DNA of 64,000 bases from Acidimicrobiia bacterium (GCA_965215185.1 OZ244034.1:1311569-1375568), one strand, 5' to 3'; positions 9,852-19,823 are shown, counted from the first letter of the stretch. Numbers and translations are program-made. Notes: generated by a model not told the origin, from the sequence alone.

Positions 9852-10795
9852 CAGACCGACCGATCACACCAGGAGACATCACCCGTTTCTATCCCTTGGC
9901 GGCGCGGGATACAGAGGTGCATGTCGGGGCGGTGCTTGATATAGCGTTTGATCATATTCTCTATGGTCTTCTACAAAGCAGCGCATTTGACGCTTTGGAT
10001 ATGACTTTCAAGGGCGGCACAGCCTTGCGGAAATATTACCTGGGACACAAGAGCCGGTTCTCGTTCGATCTCGATTTCGATGTCGCATCGGGAGCGGAGG
10101 ATCTGGTAGCGGAACAGGTCAACCGGATGAGTTTCGACCAGTTCGACTTCACCGTTTACGAGCGGCGGGGTCACTACATGATAGAAATCGCGTCCGAACT
10201 GTTGGCCACTGATAGCGTGCCTGTCAAAATGGACTTTTCGACAAGAGGGCTGTGGTTACCAACCGAGTGGACACCGCCGATAGGCAACCCGATGCACGGT
10301 TTGTATGCTTTCGACCCGCCGGTGGTTCCGGTCATAAATCTAGCAGAAAACCTTTCCGAAAAACTGTCACGATGGCAACGGATATCCGTGGTTCGCGACC
10401 TGTACGACCTGGCCGCTCTCGCCGGGTATGTGTCACCGGGACTTGTCGCCGAGTTATGGGTGCTGAAATCTTATAGGAACATGATCGAACAAAGACACCG
10501 GTTGCAGCAAGGCGACACGGCTGCTTCGGTCGAAAATATCACAGCCCAGCGACAGGTTTCTGATTTCGATCTAAACGACTTGGTGCTTCCCGGGACCGCT
10601 TCTGCCAGCGACAAAGCCCAACTGGTACGTGAAGATATCCGCATAGTGGCGAGTTTTTGCCGAACGATCGCTGAATGCATGACCCCCGAATTGTCAGAAA
10701 TCGCTTCGGACCGAGGCGCCCTGGAGTGGAAAGTCGCCCAGCGGATACAAAAACTGGCAGGACAAAGTGCTAGCGGTGTTCACCGATCACGCTAA
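9842..10795 (+). CDS. abiEii: AbiEii/AbiGii-family nucleotidyltransferase toxin (DUF1814)
   Basis: TFKGGTALRKYYLGHKSRFSFDLDFD is the nucleotidyltransferase signature GG[TS]AL...R.S.DLD of AbiEii. Alternative start at 9827. Overlaps abiEi by about 10 nt. Confidence 0.75.
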   Translation: MAVTDRPITPGDITRFYPLAARDTEVHVGAVLDIAFDHILYGLLQSSAFDALDMTFKGGTALRKYYLGHKSRFSFDLDFDVASGAEDLVAEQVNRMSFDQFDFTVYERRGHYMIEIASELLATDSVPVKMDFSTRGLWLPTEWTPPIGNPMHGLYAFDPPVVPVINLAENLSEKLSRWQRISVVRDLYDLAALAGYVSPGLVAELWVLKSYRNMIEQRHRLQQGDTAASVENITAQRQVSDFDLNDLVLPGTASASDKAQLVREDIRIVASFCRTIAECMTPELSEIASDRGALEWKVAQRIQKLAGQSASGVHRSR

Positions 10796-10980
10796 AACGG
10801 GCCTGGACTACGTATTTGTGGAGCAGTGGCCCTCTGTGATGTGTCAATGAAGGGGAAGTCCTGACAGCGGTTTTCTCAGGGGGTGTGGTCGGTTCCGGAA
10901 AGAGAACCGAGACTGTCACGGGCATAATCGATCCTCCCGGCACCGCTATGGGTTGTTACCCCAAAACCGTTTGGGGTTGT

Positions 10981-11044
10981 GGCGCTGGAGCGAAACCACA
11001 AAGTCCCAGGTCACGGCCTTGAGCGAGGGGGCGGTGAAACCACT
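10981..11044. repeat. right copy of the ~65-bp imperfect direct repeat
   Basis: ggcgctggAgcgaaaccacaaag ... gCggtgaaaccact. Box spacing is the same as in copy 2476-2540. Confidence 0.5.
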
Positions 11045-12137
11045 TTTTGGGGCTCATCGATGCTCCTATATTGTCAAATCCGGTTTTGGTGAGGTGTGAG
11101 GGTGGTGAGCCATTGGTGGTATCGGGTGGCGAGTTGATCCGGCAAGGAACCGTGCCTCATCTATTGATTCTGTCACAAGACAGTTGGTTTTATTATTTGG
11201 GTACACCCTTAGCCCATCAAGGGGGGCGCGCTAAATCGCCAACCGCCCGCCCGAGCACCGCTACCATCTTCTTAGCCTGTTGCATTCTATCTAGAGATCC
11301 CATGTGGAGCCCAATCTGATTCCTGTTTGTTAGACGCTGCTTTGGGGGAACCTCCCTACATAACCAGAAGGGCTCGCCAGTACGGAGTTGCCGACTTCGA
11401 CATCCGATCAGTGCTTGAGCACCCTCTGGAAACCATGGCCTGTCGGAAGCACTTGATCTCAACCTGACGCAGTCAGTACAAACTCGGGGCGAGTGGAAGT
11501 TGGACGCGTCGGACCGGGCTAATGTGGTTGTGTATGCTGGGCACGGTGTTGATAGCCAGAAACTGGTGGTTTTCTAGTGGTTTTCGTAGACCGCTTCGAG
11601 GATCGGGTTTTTCACGCGGAGCGAGGTGAGCGCCACTTCGGATGGATGTCCCAATAAACACCAGAACCTCCGTGTATCAGGGATAGGAATTTAGTTTTTT
11701 AGCGTCAGCGCCACTCAGGTCCGGTGGAATACCAGGAGGTATTGACTCAAGGGTGACCCATCGCGGGACCGGCGGTCCCGCAGGGTTCGGTTCGTCTATG
11801 TCTACCAAGAATACATAGTCCTCTATTATGCGTTCCAGCACTTCTGCGGCATCGTCTAAAGTTAGGGGTGAGACAGTGTCGTTTCTAGCGGATGTCCATT
11901 GATAAAACCGCCATCCCGGTTGATCTCGCCCAGCAAAAAGTACCCAGCAAGGCACCCACGCATTCCCTCTGTGAGCAACCGAGGGGTCCAGGAGGCAGGG
12001 CAATTTGGGGTGTGGCTGACAAAGGAACCTGCCACTGAGGTTTTGCCATTCCCACCTGCTCGTCCCCGAGTAGGCCAACGCCCGATCCTGCGAGTATTGA
12101 CGGGCTTCCGACTGCGTGGAAAAGGTTTGAAACATAC

Positions 12138-12425
12138 CTATTCCAAACGGCGGCGGAGTTGGCGGTTGGGACGGTTCACTTCCGCCACCTCGACACCGAT
12201 GCTCATGAGGTGGCGGGTCAGGCCGGCGCCGTAGCTGCCGGTGCCCTCTATACCGACCTGGGCCACTCGACCCCAGGACCCCAGCCAGTCGCCCAGTTGT
12301 TCATAACCGGTGGCGTCGGCGCTGAAGGTTGCCGTGTCCAAAAGTCGACCGGTGGCATCCACCACCGCCGCGACATGAACATCACGGTGGGTGTCAACCC
12401 CACCGAACACAATCCGATCATCCTC
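12138..12425 (-). mobile_element. IS110-family transposase, N-terminal DEDD-domain fragment (truncated)
   Basis: IVFGGVDTHRDVHVAAVVDATGRLLD...VGIEGTGSYGAGLTRHL...VEVAEVNRPN matches the IS110 transposase N-terminal domain. A stop follows after about 110 aa, and the C-terminal domain is absent. Confidence 0.6.
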
Positions 12426-12761
12426 TGACACGAGCTGCTTCTCCTTCAATTCGAATCCGTTTCTGTTCTCCCTGACCCGAAAAAGCGGGTGGACAGACCG
12501 CTCTGTGAGTATTAGGGAGGCCTCGTAGAGATTGCCAGGAGTGGCGTCAGCGGCGGTGTCGTGACCCGGGACCACTCTGACCTTTGTGTCTTTCACCTGA
12601 TATGTCCGACACCGCCGTGGCGCCTTCTGGGCGCTTGCGTTGCTGGCCTGATCAGAAGCTTGTCCACCCCTGGGGGGTGTGACCCTTCACAATGTTGCCG
12701 TCACGGATTTGCACCCTCTTGGGGCACAACCCAATTTTGCACAAGAAAGAGAGGTTTTCTT

Positions 12762-13101
12762 ATGTTGGCCACAATGGTAGATCATGTGATCGGGATCGAT
12801 CCTGATCGTGACCGGGTCACCGCGTCGGTAGTGGACACTGCAACTACCGGAGAACAAGCGTCTGCGGTGTTCGAAACCACCAGGGCGGGGTATGACCGGC
12901 TGTTGGAATGGGCCAACCGGCATACCACCGCCTCTGATCGAGTGTGGTCTGTGGAAGGCACAGGCAGTTACGGAGCTGGTGTGACCGCCCATTTGATTGC
13001 TTGTGGGGAACTGGTGACCGAGTTCAACAATCCCATCCCTACCCGCGACGGCGCCAAAACCGACGCTTTGGACGCCCGACGCGCCGTGGGGGTGTGGCAG
13101 T
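12762..13101 (+). mobile_element. IS110-family transposase, N-terminal fragment (different copy, truncated)
   Basis: MLATMVDHVIGIDPDRDRVTASVVDT...SVEGTGSYGAGVTAHL...VTEFNNPIPTRDGAKTDALDARRA. Has a good RBS (GAGAGG) before ATG 12762. Homology is lost after about 113 aa. Confidence 0.6.
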
Positions 13102-13337
13102 GCCGGTGCCCGCATAAGGGGGGATTCACAAGGGTTCTGAATTGTGGTGTCCCCTCTCTCGCGATTGCGGGTGTCCTCCCGGGAACCCTTGTTAAGTCGC
13201 AGGTCAGAGATGGTGGCCAACACCCAAAGCTGAGGGCCCAAAACCTGTTGGATGACCCGCGGTGGCCGCAGATAGGGTGTCAGCTATGGGACGAGAGCCG
13301 CCTCAAGAGCTCGAACCGCGTCGCTATGCGCCGCCTC

Positions 13338-13592
13338 CTAGCCGTCGGCCCGCCGGTCCAACGTCCCATCCGAGGCCGGTCCAAGGGTTGTCGCCAGATA
13401 GCCCAACACAGCCCGCGGTTTCCACTCATCCATGGGGAACCATTCCAAGAAATCCGCCAGAGAAGCACCGCACTCCAGGTTCGCGAATAGGTGTCCCACA
13501 GGTACCCGGGTTCCGACAAATACCCAAGCGCCGCTGACCTTGCCCGGGATGCGCTCCACGGCCGGGCAGTCATCCCAATTGATGCCTGCCAT
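13338..13592 (-). CDS. DUF433 domain protein (antitoxin-like partner of DUF5615/PIN-like genes), apparently orphan
   Basis: MAGINWDDCPAVERIPGKVSGAWVFVGTRVPVGHLFANLECGASLADFLEWFP matches the DUF433 pattern (ILGGKPVIKGTRIPV...E.L..YP). AAGGA RBS lies upstream of ATG 13592. Confidence 0.65.
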   Translation of the reverse strand: MAGINWDDCPAVERIPGKVSGAWVFVGTRVPVGHLFANLECGASLADFLEWFPMDEWKPRAVLGYLATTLGPASDGTLDRRADG

Positions 13593-14226
13593 TAAAGGAT
13601 CCTTTCTTCTCTGCTTCATCCAGCCAACCGTCCACCACTCTCGCAGGGATGTTAAAACCAGGGTGTGACGCAAGCTGATAGGGTTTCAGGACGAGGTTTG
13701 TCCGTAGAACTGCTGTCGCCCCTGGTTCTGGTTCTTCCGGTGGGCCAGTCCCAAATGTTTGGTCCAAGCATGAAAGTTCATCTGGACAACCCTCTTTTAC
13801 CTTTCTGATCCGCCGGGACATGAGCATAGGTGTCATCCTATGGGGCCGGTGCGACAACTCCCGGTAAGTGCCTGCGTAAACTGACGACAGCAAAGCGGGC
13901 GTCAGATCGCCGGTTCTGGCGGCTGATCGCCAACGGTCGAAAAGTGCTCCGAGCCGATCATAGGACTGGTGCCGCCACACCTGTGGAATAGCCTGTCCTA
14001 GGGATAGCAACTCGCCGCCGTCGGCGACTGCAACTGCTTGATCTTCCGCGTCAAGCCATCGACAGAAAACGGACGACAACTCCTGCAGATGCCTCCGTGC
14101 CAGCCTCGCGTCGCTCTCGAAGATCTCCTCCGGGTCGTCGTTTGTGCCACGGCCGATGCCAAGGGTGGCACGAGCCACGGTAGCACCCGCAGGCGACACA
14201 TCGAGAGCGACGACGTTAAGGTTCAA
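13570..14226 (-). CDS. hypothetical protein (no recognisable family)
   Basis: 218-aa ORF with balanced composition. Overlaps the start of the DUF433 gene. No motif recognised. Confidence 0.25.
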   Translation of the reverse strand: MNLNVVALDVSPAGATVARATLGIGRGTNDDPEEIFESDARLARRHLQELSSVFCRWLDAEDQAVAVADGGELLSLGQAIPQVWRHQSYDRLGALFDRWRSAARTGDLTPALLSSVYAGTYRELSHRPHRMTPMLMSRRIRKVKEGCPDELSCLDQTFGTGPPEEPEPGATAVLRTNLVLKPYQLASHPGFNIPARVVDGWLDEAEKKGSFNGRHQLG

Positions 14227-14974
14227 GGACGCCAGGCTCTGCGCGACAACCGATATCCCCGTGAATGCGAAGCGGCGTTGCGCCGATACAAGGCAAGCCC
14301 ACCGTCCAACCGCTCATGCGTCGGCCAACCAAGTGAACTGTACTCAGGCGTCAGTAACGACCGATCCCCGTCGAGCAACACTTTGAAAGCTATTTCACAC
14401 CCATCGCCAACTGTCTCGTATTGTGGACTGGCCCTGTGACACATCCCCGACCACACCGGCCGGGTTCCTTCGCGGCGGGTGTGGTCGCCACACCTTCTGA
14501 GCTCCGGATCCAACCGGACTCAAGGGGAAGATCGTCCACCGGGTCAGTGAACAGAACAGCCGGGCTGGCTGTAGGCCGCCAGTCTACGAAAGAGCGGAGG
14601 GGGTTTGCCAGGCTTACAAGGAGCCGAAGACAGCGGTGCGGGCCGTGTAACAGAGAACCCCGAACACCGAGCATCTCTGTGTGGATGCCCGCTTGGACCG
14701 GATTGTCCTTGAGGTGAGCAAACGTTCATCGGGAGGAATCGAGGCCAGAGGGATGGCGCCCACTTGGCGGGCGCGGCTAACGGAACTGCAGCTCACCCAG
14801 AAGGTAGTGGAAGTGTATGCACCTTTGCTGGGAAACACGCGGAGAGGGAGAATCAGAGTTGCCGCCACCGACCACATTTGGCTGGAGGACCGGGTGGGAT
14901 TCGACTACTACCTACCCATAGAAGAGATGACAGCGGTGATCCGCCCCGTGCCCACTGGTTGAATCGCCGACTGC

Positions 14975-15214
14975 TTACCCGGCTGCATCCTGGGTTGTCG
15001 TAGGCTTGGGACAGACGGGGTGGGACCTTATGTAGTCGATTACTTCCGAATATATAAACCGGTAGACCCGCGAACCCGGCAACTGATAGGCGGGAAGACG
15101 GCCCTCTCGAGCATACTTACGAACCATCTGCACATTCATGCGTAGCAACTCCGCGACCTGTGCAGTGTCGATCACGGATGGGTAGGCGGTTGCTTCTCTA
15201 TGTGTTTCTATCAT
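14975..15214 (-). CDS. excisionase-family helix-turn-helix DNA-binding protein (Xis-like)
   Basis: IDTAQVAELLRMNVQMVRKYAREGRLPAYQLPGSRVYRFIYSEVIDYI fits the excisionase/MerR-type HTH (TIGR01764-like). Lies 178 nt from the tRNA-Glu 3' end. Confidence 0.6.
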   Translation of the reverse strand: MIETHREATAYPSVIDTAQVAELLRMNVQMVRKYAREGRLPAYQLPGSRVYRFIYSEVIDYIRSHPVCPKPTTTQDAAG

Positions 15215-15391
15215 GTTCTACCTCACTTGTTATTATCTTAAGATATTTTACTAATAAAAGACGTAATCACAAACCTTTTGAGTCGCCTCTTTTTCGCGAA
15301 ATGGTCGTGAATGCTGGAGTGACGGGTGTCTCGGTAAACCCTGCGACCAGAAAATGAGCCTTCGTTGTGCCGGTAAGACACGCCAAGGCAA

Positions 15392-15467
15392 TGGCAGCCC
15401 CGACCGGGTTCGAACCGGCGTTACCGGCTTGAGAGGCCGGCGTCCTAGGCCACTAGACGACGGGGCC
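15392..15467 (-). tRNA. tRNA-Glu (anticodon CTC), CCA encoded
   Basis: Reverse complement GGCCCCGTCGTCTAGTGGCCTAGGACGCCGGCCTCTCAAGCCGGTAACGCCGGTTCGAACCCGGTCGGGGCTGCCA folds as a cloverleaf. Acceptor GGCCCCG/CGGGGCT, anticodon loop CTCTCAA, T-loop TTCGAAC. Confidence 0.9.
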
Positions 15468-15492
15468 AACAAGACCGGATGATACCCGGACT

Positions 15493-15567
15493 TGGCTCGG
15501 GGGGAAGGACTCGAACCCTCAATAACAGGGCCAGAACCTGTCGTGTTACCTATTACACCACCCCCGA
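15493..15567 (-). tRNA. tRNA-Gln (anticodon CTG), CCA encoded
   Basis: Reverse complement TCGGGGGTGGTGTAATAGGTAACACGACAGGTTCTGGCCCTGTTATTGAGGGTTCGAGTCCTTCCCCCCGAGCCA. U1-A72 is typical of tRNA-Gln. Anticodon loop TTCTGGC. Confidence 0.85.
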
Positions 15568-16127
15568 GGGCGCCCTTCAGCATACCAGGTCCTCCACGAG
15601 CCCATTCTGGGAATCTGATCGACTGCACGCTACCCGATCCCTGTTCCCATCCAGTCAGACTCGCGGTCGTCCAATCAGTGGCGTCCCTGCACCTCAGGCA
15701 ACTATCGGAGGGCATCCAGTCCGGGGAATCAAACGACCCTTTGGAAGGGTTGGATGAGGCACTGACTACGGTAAGGGCTTCCTCATGATCAATGTCGTTG
15801 GCAACAAGAGCAATGACGACACGCTCAACGGCCATTTCTTTCCTTCACTGGGTACCCGGGTTTGGTGGCAGGCCACCTGGCCTCCGAGAGTTCCCGACCG
15901 TTAAGACACCCACTGCACTCCTGTTAACTCAACCGAGCGCAAGGCTTTAACGAGAGGTAACTCTCGGCAAAATATCAACATAGTACGCAATGTTTACAAT
16001 CCCCAAATATTTTGATGAACTGGAATCTGTCTCTTTATAACCTGCCAGACGCCGGGTCCAATTGGCAAATGTTTTACCACAATGTTCAATACTTTAGAGA
16101 GTTATTATTAACTGCACCAAACTATCC

Positions 16128-16595
16128 TTGGTGCTCCCTGTAGTGAAACCTATCACAGTCTCCGTTGACATTGCGGCGCCCCCTGAGACAGTTTGGGCAA
16201 AACTAGCCGACCTCTCCTCTCACTCGGAGTGGATGAGCGATGCTGTCTCCATCGCTTTCGCGACCAAACAGCGCCGGGGGATCGGGGTGAGAATGGAAGT
16301 GCCCACCCGTGTAGGACCTATTTGCGTCACGGACATCATGGAGGTGGATGCATGGACCGAGGGCAAACTGATCGGTGTTCGCCATGTGGGTAGAATCAGC
16401 GGCTGGGGGCGTTTCGACCTGTCTGCCAATGCCTCCGGGACCCGCCTCACCAGGGTGGAGCAACTCCGGTTCCCGTGGTATATGGGCGGTGTTCTTGCGG
16501 AATGGTTTTATCAACCCGCCCTCCGCTGGATCTTTAGAGCCAACCTGACCAGTTTCCAACGGTGGATTGAAGCCGGCAGCAAAGAAGTTGTCTAG
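16128..16595 (+). CDS. SRPBCC-family (polyketide cyclase/dehydrase-like) protein
   Basis: PETVWAKLADLSSHSEWMS ... START/Bet v1-like pattern. ORF is 155 aa. Confidence 0.6.
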   Translation: MVLPVVKPITVSVDIAAPPETVWAKLADLSSHSEWMSDAVSIAFATKQRRGIGVRMEVPTRVGPICVTDIMEVDAWTEGKLIGVRHVGRISGWGRFDLSANASGTRLTRVEQLRFPWYMGGVLAEWFYQPALRWIFRANLTSFQRWIEAGSKEVV

Positions 16596-17362
16596 GTTCC
16601 CCCGAAGGTTGCCCGCCGTTTCTCGATAAAGGCCTCCACCCCTTCCCGGGCGTCATCGCTCCAAAAGCAGTCCAAGAAGGCTCGACGCTCGACTTCCATG
16701 GCCTCACGCAGGTGAAGCCCCAACCCTCCGATCAGAGCCCGCTTGGCGGCCCCCAATGCTACGGTGGGACCTTTCGCCCACCGTTGGGTGTCCTCCATGG
16801 CCCGGTCCAACAGTTCATCAGATGGGAACACCTTATCCGCCAACCCCATTTCCAGTGCTTCGGGCGCCGGCACGAACCTGCCCGAGAAGACGACCTCCTT
16901 GGCTTTCTGGAACCCGATCAGACGTGCCAGCCGCTGAGTTCCTCCTGCTCCGGGAATGATCCCCAACTTGATCTCAGGCTGTCCCACCTGGGCGTCTTCC
17001 GCCAAGTAGCGGAAATCACACCCCATGGACAACTCCAGACCTCCTCCCAGTGCGTATCCGAAAATGGCGGCGATGGTTGGTTTGGGCAGCGCCTCCAATC
17101 TCCAGATGGCGTCCACCAATTCCGAGGCCAGGTCATCGGTCATCTTCCCGGAGTCATGAGCAGACTGAAACCCCTTGATATCGGCTCCGGCCGCAAAGTG
17201 GGGCTGACCAGTAACAATCACCGCCCGCACTCCTGGATCCTCCGCCCTGGCAAAGACCTCGTTCAACTCCGTCGACAACTCCAAAGAAAGCGCATTCACG
17301 GGAGGACGGTTGAGGCGCACCACTGCCACCGCACCCTCCACCGAGTATTCGACCATTGACAT
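16592..17362 (-). CDS. enoyl-CoA hydratase/isomerase (crotonase family)
   Basis: VAVVRLNRPPVNAL, AAGADIKGF, GYALGGGLELSMGCDFR crotonase signatures. Confidence 0.85.
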   Translation of the reverse strand: MSMVEYSVEGAVAVVRLNRPPVNALSLELSTELNEVFARAEDPGVRAVIVTGQPHFAAGADIKGFQSAHDSGKMTDDLASELVDAIWRLEALPKPTIAAIFGYALGGGLELSMGCDFRYLAEDAQVGQPEIKLGIIPGAGGTQRLARLIGFQKAKEVVFSGRFVPAPEALEMGLADKVFPSDELLDRAMEDTQRWAKGPTVALGAAKRALIGGLGLHLREAMEVERRAFLDCFWSDDAREGVEAFIEKRRATFGGT

Positions 17363-17795
17363 CAGAAAGCCTCCATAATCCGCTCGTCACATCGGGGACT
17401 CCCCCGAGATTACACCTCTGATTCCCCCGTCCTGGCAAAGGACCAGCAAAGCCGCGACCTTTTCCACGGCGTTGCGGTTGAAATGTGTCCCACACTGGTA
17501 ACAGCCAGACACCAACCGGTCTGACTCCGACGTCGTTCAGACCGTACATGGGATCATCTTTTGCATAAAGCTTCCTCCGGGAGCCTGGCGCAGCACGTGT
17601 TACCTATGGTTCGGTGGCGGAGGGGGTGGGCCCATCGGCCAGCAGTTAGTCGGTGTTTTTCGCGAATTAGTGTCGTAACTTGGCGAGAGACACCATTTAA
17701 TCCGACCAGCAACACCCCGCCAACTCCCACCTCCGCCCCTTCAACCGACCTCGGCATCCTCAAAGAGGCGCGCAGATGAGCCAAGTTGGGTGGGG

Positions 17796-19823
17796 CTAGC
17801 GGACCGGGTACTCCACGAAAGTCACCCGATCCCAGGTGTCCATCTGGTGAACGGCGATTCCGATCGGAGTTATCGAATAGATCCGATCATCGATGATGAT
17901 GACCCGCTGGGGAACGGCTTGTTCCACCTTTCTGGCGTCGGGGGATTTCTCTCCCACCGGCCCGTCGGAGAGCGGACGGAGCAGAGCCTCCAAGAACAGA
18001 TCGGCATAATCCACTTCGATCGCCACCACCCCTGCGTCCTGCTGATAGTCCGAATCATCCCACCAGTACGCACCGTAGGGAATCAACACCAAACCATCGA
18101 AGAAGACAAACGCCCGGTGATCGCCTTGCACGGGCGACCAGCTGTAGTCGGGTTCCTGTCCGTCCTCGTCAAAGGGACGGATCTGAGCGACGCGGATAGG
18201 ATCGGTCGGGTCGGAGACATCAAAAAGGGAAACCTGCAAACCTTCCACTCTCCCCTCCAGCGAAGCGTCCTGGCCCACTCCCAGGAGCAGGTCGTCTCCA
18301 ACCGGATGCAGATAGGAGGAAAAGCCCGGAATCTTCAGTTGTCCCAGCACCTGAGGATCGAACGGATCGGAGAGATCCAGGGCGTAGAGAGGATCGACCT
18401 GACGGAAGGTGACCACATAGGCATCGGGTCCCATGAATCTGACCGCGAAGATACGCTCCCCCTCCCCCAGGCCCCCCACCGAACCGACCTCCTCCAGTAC
18501 CCCGCCGTCGGGACGGAGTACGGTTACATGACTCTCCGACTCGTCGGACCACCACCAAGGTGGCGAGGTGGTGGCCGCCACCCGCAAATCTCCTTGGTAT
18601 TCGTCCATGGAAAACTGGTTCAACAGAAATCCGGCCACTTCCCCGCTGGCTTCATAGACCGGGCGGTTGACCCGGGAGGTATTGAATTTGTGGATCAGGG
18701 TCGTGTAGCCCGACGATTCAGACAGCATGTCGTTCTCGGGAAGAGCCCGCCAGTCAACCCACCGAGAAGTGGCCACATAGACGCTGTCAGCGGTGGCGTA
18801 AATGGTATCCCCCTGGGCTACAACGCTGGCCACTGTCCAATCGGCTATTCCTTCCGTGAGATCGAAGAGGGCGATGGAAAGGGTGTTCAACCCTGAGAAG
18901 ATTCCCGGCGCCAATACATTGGAGCAGTCAGCCAATTGGCCCCATTCGGTCTCGCCGCTCTCCGAATCATCAAGAACGTAGGCCGGCAGCCAGTTGTCCA
19001 GGGTGGAGTTTCGGACCAGTTCCCGGTTGGCCTCAATAGCCTCCTGCTCGGAGCGCAGGCCACTGCCACTGGGCCGTTCCCATTCCATCCCCACCGGATT
19101 GGAGGTGATCACCAGCCGCGCGGTCCCATCGGACAAACGGGCGCCGTTGTAGATGCCGTCCACGCTCAGATCCGCTACCACCTCGGGCGATTCCCGATCG
19201 GAGATGTCAACTTGGGCGATCCGCGTTACCGGTCCCACCCGCCACTCTCCAGCTATCAGCAACAACATGTCCTCGTGAATCAGCATCTCGCGAGGTTGGA
19301 AACCGACATCGAGCGAGGAGCGCACTGTCAGCCCACCGTCGTTCACTTCAACGATGCGCAACAGATTGCGGACATGATAGATATAGTGGCCGTCGGTCTT
19401 GACCAAGTCGGCCTCGTCCACTCCGGTCACTTGCACGTTGGTGCCGGTGAACGAAGGCGCCGACTGCGCAGAGTCGGCAGAGGCTGCCGCGGTGTCCGCC
19501 ATGGCCTCTTCCGCCATGTCGTCACCTCCAAATGTCCTAAAATCTCCCCCTCCTAATCCATAAGGACCTACCAACTCCAAGGCGTTCTCGATGTAGTAGT
19601 CCAATATGGCGTCGCAACTGCCAAAAGACCGAAGCCCTACCGTGAGAAGCACAGGATCGCCGGTGGTGGGAGTCGGGGTCCCGGTGCTCGAAGTGGGTTG
19701 ATCGGTCGGCGTGGCAGTCGTATCGGTTGTCACCACGGTGGTGGTGCTTTGATCCGAGTCATCGGAGCCGCAGGCCGAAGCCAGGAGCATCCCGGCCAAG
19801 GCCAAAGCCAGTAAACGTTTCAT
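17796..19823 (-). CDS. secreted beta-propeller-domain lipoprotein
   Basis: Signal peptide MKRLLALALAGMLLASAC followed by a Thr/Pro-rich linker, then a large beta-propeller-like domain (Beta_propel family pattern). Confidence 0.6.
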   Translation of the reverse strand: MKRLLALALAGMLLASACGSDDSDQSTTTVVTTDTTATPTDQPTSSTGTPTPTTGDPVLLTVGLRSFGSCDAILDYYIENALELVGPYGLGGGDFRTFGGDDMAEEAMADTAAASADSAQSAPSFTGTNVQVTGVDEADLVKTDGHYIYHVRNLLRIVEVNDGGLTVRSSLDVGFQPREMLIHEDMLLLIAGEWRVGPVTRIAQVDISDRESPEVVADLSVDGIYNGARLSDGTARLVITSNPVGMEWERPSGSGLRSEQEAIEANRELVRNSTLDNWLPAYVLDDSESGETEWGQLADCSNVLAPGIFSGLNTLSIALFDLTEGIADWTVASVVAQGDTIYATADSVYVATSRWVDWRALPENDMLSESSGYTTLIHKFNTSRVNRPVYEASGEVAGFLLNQFSMDEYQGDLRVAATTSPPWWWSDESESHVTVLRPDGGVLEEVGSVGGLGEGERIFAVRFMGPDAYVVTFRQVDPLYALDLSDPFDPQVLGQLKIPGFSSYLHPVGDDLLLGVGQDASLEGRVEGLQVSLFDVSDPTDPIRVAQIRPFDEDGQEPDYSWSPVQGDHRAFVFFDGLVLIPYGAYWWDDSDYQQDAGVVAIEVDYADLFLEALLRPLSDGPVGEKSPDARKVEQAVPQRVIIIDDRIYSITPIGIAVHQMDTWDRVTFVEYPVR

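Noticed and set aside
15251-15835. 194-aa minus-strand ORF
   Set aside because: It runs straight through both tRNA genes, so it is spurious.
17790-19556. Plus-strand ORFs of 368 and 206 aa
   Set aside because: Antisense shadows of the 675-aa beta-propeller lipoprotein gene.
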